A DNA stretch of 64,000 nt from assembly GCA_963806535.1 (NCBI GenBank), contig CAWDYC010000011.1, forward strand, positions 128,001 through 192,000. The letters run 5' to 3'. Positions within the stretch are counted from its first letter, which is position 1. Every line of letters starts with the position of its first letter. The notes under the pieces are model-generated. The model did not search any database. It was given only the letters and a program-made list of their open reading frames with translations, and was not told the DNA's origin. Position numbers and translations under genes: made by a program. This stretch comes from Candidatus Bathyarchaeota archaeon. Its GTDB lineage: Archaea; Thermoproteota; Bathyarchaeia; Bathyarchaeales; Bathycorpusculaceae. Below, piece after piece: positions 35,865 through 45,360 of this stretch.

Positions 35865-36110
35865 AAAATTCGTCAAAAAAAGTCATGAAGACTTATTGTG
35901 CATTTTTCAAACAGTTCTAAGCAGCAAACAGAGTTCAGGTTCTACGATAATTAGATGGGCGGTAAAGAACAGAATCAACACAGGTCCTAAGAGGGTCACA
36001 ACTTTTGTTCTTTGGTTTGATTGTAGTTTTTAGGATACAGAAAGCAAAAATATACGAGCTGTTACACTCTACACTGTAACTCAGACTTGGTATGTTTAAA
36101 AAATTGTTGT

Positions 36111-36197
36111 GCGGGATTGCCCTAGCCTGGTAGGGGGCAGGCCTGCTAAGTCTGTGGTCGAAAGGCCGCGTGGGTTCAAATCCCACATCCCGCGCCA
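36111..36197 (+). tRNA. tRNA-Ser(GCT), encoded CCA
   Basis: Acceptor GCGGGAT/ATCCCGC, D-loop AGCCTGGTA, anticodon stem CAGGC/GTCTG with loop CT-GCT-AA, long variable arm, T arm GTGGG-TTCAAAT-CCCAC, discriminator G. TTTAAAAA box upstream. Confidence 0.93.
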
Positions 36198-36421
36198 TTT
36201 CCAAATTCAGCTGACTATTACCGTTAATTTTAGAAAATGAGCCTAAATTTTTGCCCGAAATAATGCTGTACCCCCTACGAGCTACGGTTTGAAGCCACGC
36301 TAACCCGTTCACAGACTTTTGGGGCTGAGCCCGGTTCAGGAATTGAACAACCGCAATTTAGTCTTAAATATAAGAACGAGCAACATGGAAACTATCAGCA
36401 ACCTGGCCCTGTGATCCAGAA

Positions 36422-37422
36422 ATGACCAACAACGAAAACTTGACGGCAAAAGCTGGAAATCCCAATTCAGCCAACGAGCCGATAGGCCGAAAGAGCATTG
36501 TGACAGTGAATCATCTTCGCAAGCAATATGGCACAACAGTCGCAGTCGACGACGTCTCGTTCTCCATTACCGAAGGCGAGGTTTTTGGCATCATAGGACC
36601 TAACGGAGCTGGTAAGACAACCACGGTTGAATGTATTTCAGGGCTTCGTGTTCCAGACTCGGGTTCCGCAACTGTTTATGACCTTAATCCCAGAGACGAC
36701 CGTGAGGAACTGCGTAAATGCGTTGGAGTCCAACTCCAAGAAAGCTCATTACCTCCACGTATCAAGGTCGGGGAGGCTCTTGAACTCTTTGCATCTTTCT
36801 ATCCAGATCCTGTTAATCCAAAGGATTTACTTGAGTCGCTTGGAATTGCTCAAAAACGTAATGCCAAATTCAAACAACTGTCCGGAGGTCAAAAACAGCG
36901 ACTTTCAATCGCGCTAGCACTTATTGGAAATCCAAAGATTGCCATTTTAGATGAACTTACCACTGGGCTTGACCCGGAAGCAAGACGTGAGACTTGGGAA
37001 CTTATAGAGCGCATTAGGGATCGAGGCGTGACAGTGATTCTTGTAACGCATTACATGGATGAAGCCGAAAGACTGTGTGACCGAGTCGCTTTGATTAATC
37101 ATGGGAAAGTAATTGCACTTGACACCCCGCAGCTCTTGCCGCAAACGAAGGTGGCGGCGTGCGGATGCAGTTTGTGCCTTCAGGACCTGTGGATGACAAG
37201 GTTCTGACTGCCTTGCCAGGTGTAACTTCGGTTGAACACAGGGGAAATCGGATCATTGTTGCCGGCTCCGGCGACTTGACTACCCGCGTGCTTTATGCGT
37301 TACTCAAGATGGGAGTGAATGCGTCAGATGTTCAGGTGAAAAGCGGCAATCTGGAGGACGCGTTCGTCAAACTCACTCAAACCGACGATAAAACCATAAA
37401 AGACGAGGTGGGGAAGCAATGA
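36422..37422 (+). CDS. ABC-2 (DrrA-like) exporter ATP-binding protein (frameshift near 37130)
   Basis: GPNGAGKT, LSGGQ, LDELTTGLD; C-terminal NLEDAFV in ORF 37159. Confidence 0.9.
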
Positions 37423-38195
37423 GTACACAAGATTCTGAAGTCACAGTTCAAAGATCCCGCAAGGCTTTCTGGGAACTTGTCAAGGTTGAGGGAAAACTCG
37501 CTTTGAGAGAGCCAGTTGGCGTAATATTCGGCATAGGGCTTCCTGTTTTCTTGCTGATTATATTTGGTAGCATTCCTGCATTCAGAAATACTGTTCCGGG
37601 CACGACGTTATCCGCTTTCGAAGTTTACATCCCGATTCTTATGGTAACTGTGCTGATATTTATCGGACTATTTGGCTTACCCATTCCAATCGTTCGTGAC
37701 CGTGAGATTGGTTGGCTAAGGCGAATCTCCACCACACCCGTGTCACCGACCAAGCTATTGGCTGCGCAGGTGACAATCAATCTTATTCTTGCGGGGATAG
37801 CATTCACAATACTTACGGTTGGAAGTGTCTTTTTCTTCGGAGTGAAGGGGTCGTTTGAGATTCCTGGATTCGTTCTTTCGATCGTGCTGGCAACGATTGC
37901 ACTGTTTTCTTTGGGAGTGCTTATTGCTGCGGTCGCGCCGTCCCAGGGGGTTGGTACAGGTATAGCGCAGGGGCTTCTATATCCGCTGTTATTCTTCGCA
38001 GGAATTTACGTTCCCATGCAGTTCCTTCCAGGCTACCTGCAAACAATAAGCAATTTCACTCCAGTCGGAGCTGCAGTTCAGGCTCTAGGAAGCTCAATGC
38101 AGGGGACATTTCCTTCTCCCATATCATTGCTCGTGATGGCCGCTTACTCAGTTTTCTTCGGCTTCATCGCGGTTCGCTACTTCAAGTGGGAGTAA
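37419..38195 (+). CDS. ABC-2 exporter permease
   Basis: Six TM segments, REIGWLRR..TTP, ends FKWE. Confidence 0.9.
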   Translation: MSTQDSEVTVQRSRKAFWELVKVEGKLALREPVGVIFGIGLPVFLLIIFGSIPAFRNTVPGTTLSAFEVYIPILMVTVLIFIGLFGLPIPIVRDREIGWLRRISTTPVSPTKLLAAQVTINLILAGIAFTILTVGSVFFFGVKGSFEIPGFVLSIVLATIALFSLGVLIAAVAPSQGVGTGIAQGLLYPLLFFAGIYVPMQFLPGYLQTISNFTPVGAAVQALGSSMQGTFPSPISLLVMAAYSVFFGFIAVRYFKWE

Positions 38196-38270
38196 CGCGA
38201 TGTCCCTCAGGCAGGAGTCGCAACCCGCAGAAAGATTCAAGCTTAAACCGAAAAGCAACTAACTTTTTCG

Positions 38271-38312
38271 TGTGGAATTTAAACGTGGGTGTAAATCTAA
38301 CATCCCGCGCTA
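38271..38312 (+). repeat. att-like site: arm motif plus degenerate tRNA 3' end
   Basis: TGTGGAATTTAAAC-GTGGGTGTAAATCTAACATCCCGCGCTA versus tRNA GTGGGTTCAAATCCCACATCCCGCGCCA. Confidence 0.85.
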
Positions 38313-38322
38313 CAAAATATTC

Positions 38323-39189
38323 TCAATTTAATCGTTGCTTATGCACTGACATGTACCTTTTGATAAAATAGGTTACAAAGCCTTCTTCTGGTCTTTGCAG
38401 GGCTTTATAATAGGATTTTCTGTTCCTATATTCTATTATAAGCATGGGATAACTGTTCTTCCATAAGATATAATTCATCAGTAGCCTACCAATCCTGCCA
38501 TTTCCATCTCCGAAAGGATGAATCTTCTCAAAAATGTAGTGTGCTCTAGCAGCAACCTCGACCGAGTTTAGTTTTGACTCGTTTATGAACAAGTTGAGTT
38601 GTCTTATGAGGTATTCTACTTTTTTCCAATCTGGCGCAACGTAAGGTCCTACCCTGACTGAATAATTCCTAAATTGCCCTGCAATGTCAGGTTTTGTTTC
38701 TCTGAATATATTTGCGTGCCATTTCAAGAGAAGATGCTCTGACAAATTCTCGTCAGTCTTAAGCATTTGCAAAAAAACTGCTGCATGAGATTCAGTTTCC
38801 CGAATGTCTCGGATTGACTTACTAGGTGCTATTTTATCCTCTAGTATTTGCCTTGCTTCTTCAAGAGTTATAGTTGAGCCTTCGATGGCGTTCGTGTTAT
38901 AGGTAAAAGCTATCGCTATTTCCTGCAACTCTTTTTCTTTAGCTGACTGGGGAACTTTTGTCCATTCTGTTTGAAAATTGTTTTTGATTTTTTCAAGTTT
39001 TGCATTTAACTCTTTATGAGGTTCATGCATGAGTTTGGCTTTGATTTCTTCAATGTTTTCAGGGATTTTTTTGCCAAGATAGAGTTCTTTTGTGACGACC
39101 TTTCCGTCTTTTCTAAAAGAATGCTGCAGATAGAAATACTCGGATTTTCCTTTTCTGCGTTTGATTGTTCGCATAAGTATTTTTACCAT
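38323..39189 (-). CDS. Fic family protein
   Basis: HPFGDGNGRIGR catalytic motif; TNAIEG inhibitory-type motif. Confidence 0.93.
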   Translation of the reverse strand: MVKILMRTIKRRKGKSEYFYLQHSFRKDGKVVTKELYLGKKIPENIEEIKAKLMHEPHKELNAKLEKIKNNFQTEWTKVPQSAKEKELQEIAIAFTYNTNAIEGSTITLEEARQILEDKIAPSKSIRDIRETESHAAVFLQMLKTDENLSEHLLLKWHANIFRETKPDIAGQFRNYSVRVGPYVAPDWKKVEYLIRQLNLFINESKLNSVEVAARAHYIFEKIHPFGDGNGRIGRLLMNYILWKNSYPMLIIEYRNRKSYYKALQRPEEGFVTYFIKRYMSVHKQRLN

Positions 39190-39257
39190 TACAAACAATA
39201 TAAATATTTCATTTTTACTTGTATTGTAATGGTAATTACGTGGCAATTTGCCATCAA

Positions 39258-39340
39258 GTGCTATTCCAAGCCTGGTAGTCGGCAGCATGCTAAGTCTGTG
39301 GTCAAAAAGCCGCATGGGTTCAAATCTCACACCCCACGCT
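39258..39340 (+). pseudogene. Degenerate near-full-length copy of tRNA-Ser(GCT)
   Basis: AGCCTGGTAG..GGCAG-CATGCTAAGTCTGTGGTCAAAAAGCCGCATGGGTTCAAATCTCACACCCCACGC aligns with 36111-36197; acceptor and anticodon stems are disrupted. Confidence 0.88.
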
Positions 39341-39566
39341 TTGCTCTTTTTGGGAAATCAGGCTTGGTCATTAGCTATTTTAGCAAAATAAGCCAGAAAA
39401 ACATCGATTCATAATTCAGCTCGCGCAATAATTAAGATGATGCCGCCGTAACCTCCAAACATTCCAAACCGCGCGCGCTGTATAGGGATTATCTCTATAT
39501 TTTGTTTATTCTTAAAAAAAGAAAAAGTATCGTTGCTAGTTAAGATGAGGGCTTAGTTGTAAAGTC

Positions 39567-39848
39567 TTATCCGAATTTCGCTAGCACTTGCCTTCCGAAG
39601 TCGGTTATTTCGACGGTGTTGAAATCGTAGGGGCCATATCTTTTTGTCGGCTCAGGTATGTCGATGAGCTTGGATTTTGATAGGTGCCGCACTGCGTCGT
39701 TTAGGGCTTCAGGCATCAAACCTGTTTTTTTGTGTAAGAGGTCTACCGTCACCAAGAGACCTTTCTCAAATTGAGAAAGGGCTACAAGAACTCTTTTGGC
39801 TGACGGGTCAATCATGTCGAAATCTTCTTTTTCAAAATCTTCATCCAT
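39567..39848 (-). CDS. Small winged-helix-like hypothetical protein
   Basis: LHKKTGLMPEALNDAVRHL..SKLI...VEITDFGR pattern. Confidence 0.6.
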   Translation of the reverse strand: MDEDFEKEDFDMIDPSAKRVLVALSQFEKGLLVTVDLLHKKTGLMPEALNDAVRHLSKSKLIDIPEPTKRYGPYDFNTVEITDFGRQVLAKFG

Positions 39849-40007
39849 TCCAAAACACCACTCGTAACTAGGACAGTCTCGCATAAAAACAATTTGAAAA
39901 AACCAAATGGAAAATAGCCCACAAAAAATGGGCTTTGTTGAGCGAAAAATGTAAGTATTTATTCAAGCCATCCATACTTAGCTCCTCGAAGAGGGTGTTT
40001 TCTCTTG

Positions 40008-40155
40008 CGTGAAATTTAAACGTGAATGTAAATCCAACACCCCGCGCCATCTCCAAATTCAGCCTACTTCTTAACCTATTTTCAATTAACAAGATCAAAT
40101 TATCGTACGAAATTATGCTTTACCGCCTAAGGTATAGTGTTTAAATTCCACATGA
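40008..40155 (+). repeat. Complete attP-like junction: arm motif, tRNA-3' core, ~100-bp arm ending in the inverted motif
   Basis: CGTGAAATTTAAAC-GTGAATGTAAATCCAACACCCCGCGCCA-TCTCCAAATTCAGC...GTTTAAATTCCACATGA; the downstream part aligns with 36198-36300. Confidence 0.85.
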
Positions 40156-40307
40156 ACTAATTGGGATACAGGATTAGAAATGGAATGTGCGTTCAGTATT
40201 TTAAGTGAAATGGGATTTGTAGCTGTAATTGTGTAACCACATACCTTGAAATATCGAGCCATCGGTAACAATCAATTACTGTTTAGTAGCGATAAAACGA
40301 TGATAAA

Positions 40308-40905
40308 ATGAGAAAATTAGCTGTACTGACTTTCGTAACCCTCGACGGTATCATGCAGGCTCCAGGAGGACCAAAAGAGGATTACCGGAGATTTCAAATA
40401 CGGTGGATGGTCGGTTGGTTACTGGGACGAATTTTTGGGAAGGGTTATGGAGAAACAAATGGCAAACCCATTTGATCTCTTGCTTGGTCGCAAAGCCTAT
40501 GAGCTATTCGCGGCTTACTGGCCAAATGCAAAAGAACCAGGAGCCTATAGATTAAATGCAGCCAAAAAATATGTTATCTCCACAACCCTTAGCAAACTCT
40601 CTTGGAATAATTCTACTCTAATCACAGGCGACGCTGTGGACGAAATTGAGAAACTCAAGGACCAGGACGGCCCTGAGATACAGGTTCATGGAAGTTCCAA
40701 CCTTATCCAAACACTCCTAAAAAACGATCTAATTGACGAATTCCGTCTAAAGATATTTCCAATTACGATTGGAGCAGGAAAACGCCTTTTTGGAGATGGC
40801 ACTATACCATCCTCATTCCGACTCCTCGAAAGCCAAACTTCTACTACTGGCGTAATAGTGGTCACATTCACAAGAGACGGAAGCATAAAAACGGGTTCCT
40901 TTTAG
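40308..40905 (+). CDS. Dihydrofolate reductase / RibD C-terminal family protein (frameshift near 40385)
   Basis: MRKLAVLTFVTLDGIMQAPGGP, LLGRKAY, HGS..L...LIDE, GAGKRLF. Confidence 0.88.
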
Positions 40906-41045
40906 CCTCCATGCAATGAGACAATTCTAATAGATCAAAGAAATGACGTTAAAAACGCCTAAATATTTTAATTTTCAACCAAGGGATGCGGCGCGAAAAG
41001 TTTTTAGGAAAAGCTCGGCAAATATTCTTTTGTTGTTTTTGGTTT

Positions 41046-41426
41046 ATGAAAAAGGATTTTGAGTCGATTGATGAGTACATCTGTTCTTTTCCTAAGAACG
41101 TTCAAACTGTTTTAGAACAAATAAGGCAAGCAATCAAGGTCGCTGCACCCAAAGCAGAAGAAGCAATTAGTTACAATATGCCAATATTCAAGCTGAATGG
41201 CAATTTGGTCTGGTTTGGAGCATTCAAGAATCATATAGGTTTCTATCCGCGGAAGTCGGCTATCGAGGAATTCAAAGAAAAACTGTCAGGTTATGAAGTA
41301 AGCAAAGTCCAGGGTACCGTCAAATTTCCATTGGACAAGCCAATGCCATTAGATTTGATAAAGGAAATGGTAAAGTTCAGAGTAAAGGAAAACCTGAAAG
41401 AAAAGAGCAGTTTCAGATATTCATAA
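41046..41426 (+). CDS. DUF1801/YdhG family protein
   Basis: IDEYI..FP, AP.AEEAISYNMP, HIGFYP. Confidence 0.85.
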   Translation: MKKDFESIDEYICSFPKNVQTVLEQIRQAIKVAAPKAEEAISYNMPIFKLNGNLVWFGAFKNHIGFYPRKSAIEEFKEKLSGYEVSKVQGTVKFPLDKPMPLDLIKEMVKFRVKENLKEKSSFRYS

Positions 41427-41548
41427 TTTCAAATTAGGAGTACCCGAACGTAGTTCGGGAGCCTTTGCCGAATGCGTGCGCTCTTGGAATCATGGAGCCT
41501 GATCGAATCCAAGTGTACATGATGACGAACAGCCGCAGTAGATTTTCC

Positions 41549-41977
41549 TCAGCCACCTGAGGACGTGTTAAGGGCCACGGCGGCGCGAATGAGGGTCTTG
41601 AAAGCGCCCTCGTCAATCTTGTCGCCTTCATGGATGTCGATGGCGCGCCTGACGGTCCCGGGCTGGTTGAAAAGGTGAGATGGGTCCTTTAGCGAAGCGC
41701 CCTTGAAGAAAGTGAGCTTAACGTGATCTTTGTATGTCTCGTCTGTGCAAATGCCGCCGTTGTGGGACCAGACGGGCGTCCCAGGATTGGTTGGCTTTAC
41801 CCACTTCCACTCTTCAACAATCTCCGGATCAGCTTCTTTGATGAGCCGGCGCACTTCGGCTAACGTTTCTCCACGCCAGTCGCCTAGCTCCTTGATTCTT
41901 GCATCTATCATTCGAGATGCAGATTCGAATCCTTGGGAACCACTTTTTCCCTTTGAATCTTGCTTCTTGGTCATCAT
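41549..41977 (-). CDS. DUF1801 family protein
   Basis: LGDWRGETL..VR.LI.EADP.IVEEWKW, KLTFFKGASL.DP; visibly GC-richer than its flanks. Confidence 0.85.
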   Translation of the reverse strand: MMTKKQDSKGKSGSQGFESASRMIDARIKELGDWRGETLAEVRRLIKEADPEIVEEWKWVKPTNPGTPVWSHNGGICTDETYKDHVKLTFFKGASLKDPSHLFNQPGTVRRAIDIHEGDKIDEGAFKTLIRAAVALNTSSGG

Positions 41978-41987
41978 ATCACAGCTT

Positions 41988-42359
41988 CTATGATTGTAGA
42001 ATGTTCCAGACGTTGCCATCAGGATCGTTGACGCTGAAGAATCTGCCTCCGGGCGGATATGGCATGATCTCGCTGTTTGGCTTGATGCCCTTTGCTTTAA
42101 TTGCCTTGTATGCTGCCTCAACATCCGGTGTTGAAAGATTGAAAGTTCTTTTTGTATCAAAATTTTTTTCTTCGGATATAAAATCAAGTGCAACATATGT
42201 GCCGCCACCAGGAGGAACAACAAAGACTCCGCGGTTTCCTTTTCCCCACATGGTGTCTTGAGTTGCTTCAAAACCTAATACATCAGTATAGAACGCTTTA
42301 GCTTTATCCATATCGCGTATAAGCAAATGGGTCAGAATTATTTTATCTACAATTTTCAT
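41988..42359 (-). CDS. VOC/glyoxalase family protein
   Basis: DMDKAKAFYTDVLGF...DPDGN. Confidence 0.9.
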   Translation of the reverse strand: MKIVDKIILTHLLIRDMDKAKAFYTDVLGFEATQDTMWGKGNRGVFVVPPGGGTYVALDFISEEKNFDTKRTFNLSTPDVEAAYKAIKAKGIKPNSEIMPYPPGGRFFSVNDPDGNVWNILQS

Positions 42360-42907
42360 AAAAATCGCCTTGTTATAAAATCTAGCATAGCCTGGCATAA
42401 ATTTTTTTCGCCCTAATAGTCTCCGTGCTTTTGGGCAATTACACCAAATATACTCGCAATTTTCTTCAGTCCGAAACCTTTCAGTTATGCTGTGGGCTAT
42501 CCGCATGAACCAATGATTGACTCGAAGCGATAACAGGTTTTGAACCCATTTGAGACTGAGTAAAAACTAATTTCAACTCCAGAAAATTGCTAGTTTTGTA
42601 CAAATAATGTTGGCCTAAAAAACGATAGAATACATATTTAAAGCAATTTTCTGAGCTCGATTTGAGTTTTTACAGAGTCTGATTTCGATCTGGGGACTCA
42701 ACGGCTCCAAATCATGGTATAGTTCAAGGATTATTGTAGTGTTCCTAGGTCGCATTCTTAAAACAAAATACTATTTTACTTTTGAACGACCAATGTGTAT
42801 TACAGATTTTATCGCAACACTTATGTCTATAAATTATGGATGAACACTAAACTTCAATAATTTTCTCGTTTAGAAGAACTTATAGTATCCACAATCAAAC
42901 TCGTATC

Positions 42908-43010
42908 TCATGTGGAATTTAAACGTGGGTGTAAACCTAACATCTCACGTAAAATTCTCATTTTGCCAATTCAGTCTCAATTAGTGTTTATTTCAGCAAA
43001 TGATGCTCAG
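42908..43010 (+). repeat. att-like site: arm motif, degenerate tRNA 3' end and partial downstream arm
   Basis: TCATGTGGAATTTAAAC-GTGGGTGTAAACCTAACATCTCACG, then CCAATTCAG...TATTTCAGCAAATGA resembling 36201-36242. Confidence 0.82.
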
Positions 43011-43089
43011 GAAAACGCTCAAAGCCTTTGACCTCTATGAGCGCGCTTGTTCAAAACACAGAGATTAGTGAAATAACTATCAATAAATG

Positions 43090-45360
43090 TCAAGATTGAA
43101 CTAGGTAGTTGACATCGCCATTTTTTCTCGTCTTTGGAATTGTTATCACGAATTTAACACCTTTTCCAGATTCACCAATTTCCTCAATTTCCCATCCGTA
43201 GACTTCAATCATTTTCTTGGATAAGAACAAGCCAAATCCTGTGCTGCCTTCGGTGCTGAAGCCTTCTTTGAAAAGCTGTGTTTTATTCTCAGCCGATATT
43301 CCGACACCGTCATCTTCATAGAACAATTTCAAGTGGGACTCATCTTCTTCAAAGTGCACTTTTATCTTTGTTGCAGTCTTTCCGTATTTGGCAGTGTTGT
43401 CAATGAAATTATAAAACATTTGTCGCAGGAAAGAATCTGATACAACATTAAGACTATGGCAACCGTTAATAATGGTGGGAAGCGAGCATGAAAAGAGATT
43501 TTTGGCTTCATCAAATACACTCCCCACGTTAACAAAAACTAGTTTTTCAACACCTAACTGCTCATATACCCTGGCAGAATCTAAAATTCTCACGATCTGA
43601 TTAACGGATAAACTAATCTTGTCAAGATCATTAGCTATGTCCGTTTGGTCTTTGTGTTTCTTCTTCATCAAATACGAGTATCCATTTATCGCGCTTAGTT
43701 TATTGCGAACATCATGCCTCGTTAACTCTCCAACAAACTTGAGTTTTTCATTCATCATTTCCAAGTGCTTGTGATTTTGCTGTAAGCGTTCTTCAATCTT
43801 TTTTAAAGCAGATATATCAACAAAGTTTTCAACAAGCAAAGTTCTTCCATTGTGTTTTGTTTTCACAACGCTTTTGATTACTGGGTGTCTTTCACCATTC
43901 GCAGTAATAATCACTCTTTCTGCTTTATCTATAGTCTGCGCCAAATCCGTGATTGGGCACTTTCCAATTTCTGCTGGGCAAATGAATTTGTGACAAACTT
44001 TGCCTACAACTTCCTCTTTAGTTGCATCGATTAAACCTAATGCAGCTGGGTTTGTGTCAATGATTTCGTGAGTTTCGCTATCCACTACAATAATTCCTGA
44101 AAGTACAGAATTCAGCAGTGTTTCGAAGTATATCTTTATGTTCTCAAGATCTTTTCTGGCTTCTTTTCGTTCAGTTATGTCGATTACTGATCCTTCCAAA
44201 ATTTGCTGTTCTGGACAAACCTTAATCGACCCAATGCAAGTTCTAATCTCGCCCTGCTTGTTTAACAACTTGCATTCAAAACCACTCAACCGACCATTGC
44301 TTTGAAGCAAGCCTAGCATTTCTTGTCTCTGAAGAGGGTCTGCCCAATGAAACACCGAAGGGTTACCCTGCATCTCTTCCCGAGTATGACCAAAAATCTT
44401 GAGAAACTGCTCATTGCAGTCAAGAATCTCCGACCCATCTATCTTTGAAACAAACATTCCAGCTTCGGCATTGTCAAATATGCTCCGATATTTTGACTCA
44501 CTTTCAATCAGTTTCATTTCAATGCTTTTGCGTTGTGTAATATCAAGGAAAACGCCTTGTACGACTTTCTGCCCGTTATACTCGACGAGGCTACTACAAA
44601 CTTCTATCCAAGTCACTGAGCCATTCTTTCTTACTCCCTTAAATTCATAAGCTGATTCCTGTTTTACCCCTGCTAATCGCTGACTTAACCGGTGAAGGAA
44701 AGCCTCTCTATCATCAGGATGGATCAAATTTGCAATTTCAGCTGGTGAAAAAGAGAGCAGTTCTTGACTTGAAAAGCCAGTCATTCTTTCCATTGCATTG
44801 TTGGCAAAAACAATATGCGGTGGAGGACCCTGAACAATAATTACTCCTTGAGACATGTCTTCTATCAGTCTGCGGTACTTTTGTTCGGAATCAAAAAGTA
44901 ACTTCTTCGCACGTTTGTGGTCTAGTGTTTTGTGAAGAGCATCTGACAACTCGCCGTAAACTGTTTCCGGGTCGCCGTTCTTGTTGATGTAAGCGTCTGA
45001 ACCAAGATTTAGAGCTTTTATCGCCACCTCTTCTCTGCCTTTTCCAGTGAATAAGATAAATGGAATTTCATTCTTCGCTTCTCTCAGTTCTTTTAAGAAT
45101 TCTAACCCGCTCTTTTGGGGCATCTCATAATCAGAAATAATCACATCATAATTGCAAGATTTCAGTTTCTTGAAGGCGTCTTGAACACAGCTGGAATGGT
45201 CAATTTCGAAATTGCCCATATCAATTAAAATCTTCTTTGTAATCTCCTGAATAGAGACGTCATCATCAACATGTAAAATATGAATAAGATCAGACTTACC
45301 TGAAGAAACTAAATCTGTTAAGGTAACCGTAATTTGCTGTGCTTGATTTTTCGTTTGCAT
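43090..45360 (-). CDS. Hybrid sensor histidine kinase (REC-PAS-PAS-PAS-HisKA-HATPase)
   Basis: HVDDD/SDYEMP receiver, three PAS repeats, RHDVRN, EDDGVG, GFGL. Confidence 0.93.
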   Translation of the reverse strand: MQTKNQAQQITVTLTDLVSSGKSDLIHILHVDDDVSIQEITKKILIDMGNFEIDHSSCVQDAFKKLKSCNYDVIISDYEMPQKSGLEFLKELREAKNEIPFILFTGKGREEVAIKALNLGSDAYINKNGDPETVYGELSDALHKTLDHKRAKKLLFDSEQKYRRLIEDMSQGVIIVQGPPPHIVFANNAMERMTGFSSQELLSFSPAEIANLIHPDDREAFLHRLSQRLAGVKQESAYEFKGVRKNGSVTWIEVCSSLVEYNGQKVVQGVFLDITQRKSIEMKLIESESKYRSIFDNAEAGMFVSKIDGSEILDCNEQFLKIFGHTREEMQGNPSVFHWADPLQRQEMLGLLQSNGRLSGFECKLLNKQGEIRTCIGSIKVCPEQQILEGSVIDITERKEARKDLENIKIYFETLLNSVLSGIIVVDSETHEIIDTNPAALGLIDATKEEVVGKVCHKFICPAEIGKCPITDLAQTIDKAERVIITANGERHPVIKSVVKTKHNGRTLLVENFVDISALKKIEERLQQNHKHLEMMNEKLKFVGELTRHDVRNKLSAINGYSYLMKKKHKDQTDIANDLDKISLSVNQIVRILDSARVYEQLGVEKLVFVNVGSVFDEAKNLFSCSLPTIINGCHSLNVVSDSFLRQMFYNFIDNTAKYGKTATKIKVHFEEDESHLKLFYEDDGVGISAENKTQLFKEGFSTEGSTGFGLFLSKKMIEVYGWEIEEIGESGKGVKFVITIPKTRKNGDVNYLVQS

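Larger units (their letters stand above)
36169..43010 (+). mobile_element. tRNA-Ser-anchored tandem cassette array / genomic island without integrase
   Basis: Degenerate tRNA-3'-end repeats at 38271, 39258, 40008 and 42908, with shared arm sequences, separate accessory genes. Confidence 0.7.

Noticed and set aside
36111-36197. tRNA-Sec or tRNA-Leu identity
   Set aside because: The anticodon is GCT, with standard 7/5 acceptor and T stems and a G discriminator, which indicates Ser.
39190-39330. N-terminal extension of the Fic ORF (MRFEPMR...) and similar ORFs 35935-36312 and 39868-40098
   Set aside because: These are antisense readings of tRNA or att sequence, not protein.
41440-41545. GC-rich hairpins (CCCGAAC-GTA-GTTCGGG) between convergent DUF1801 genes
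   Set aside because: Single occurrence with no attC core sites; could be a terminator or a gene remnant.
42580-42653. 12-bp inverted repeat CAGAAAATTGCT/AGCAATTTTCTG
   Set aside because: No second copy and no target duplication, so too weak to call a MITE.
38271-42950. CRISPR array or classical integron attC sites
   Set aside because: The spacers are kb-sized genes, the repeats derive from the tRNA, and there is no cas or intI gene and no convincing attC hairpin.
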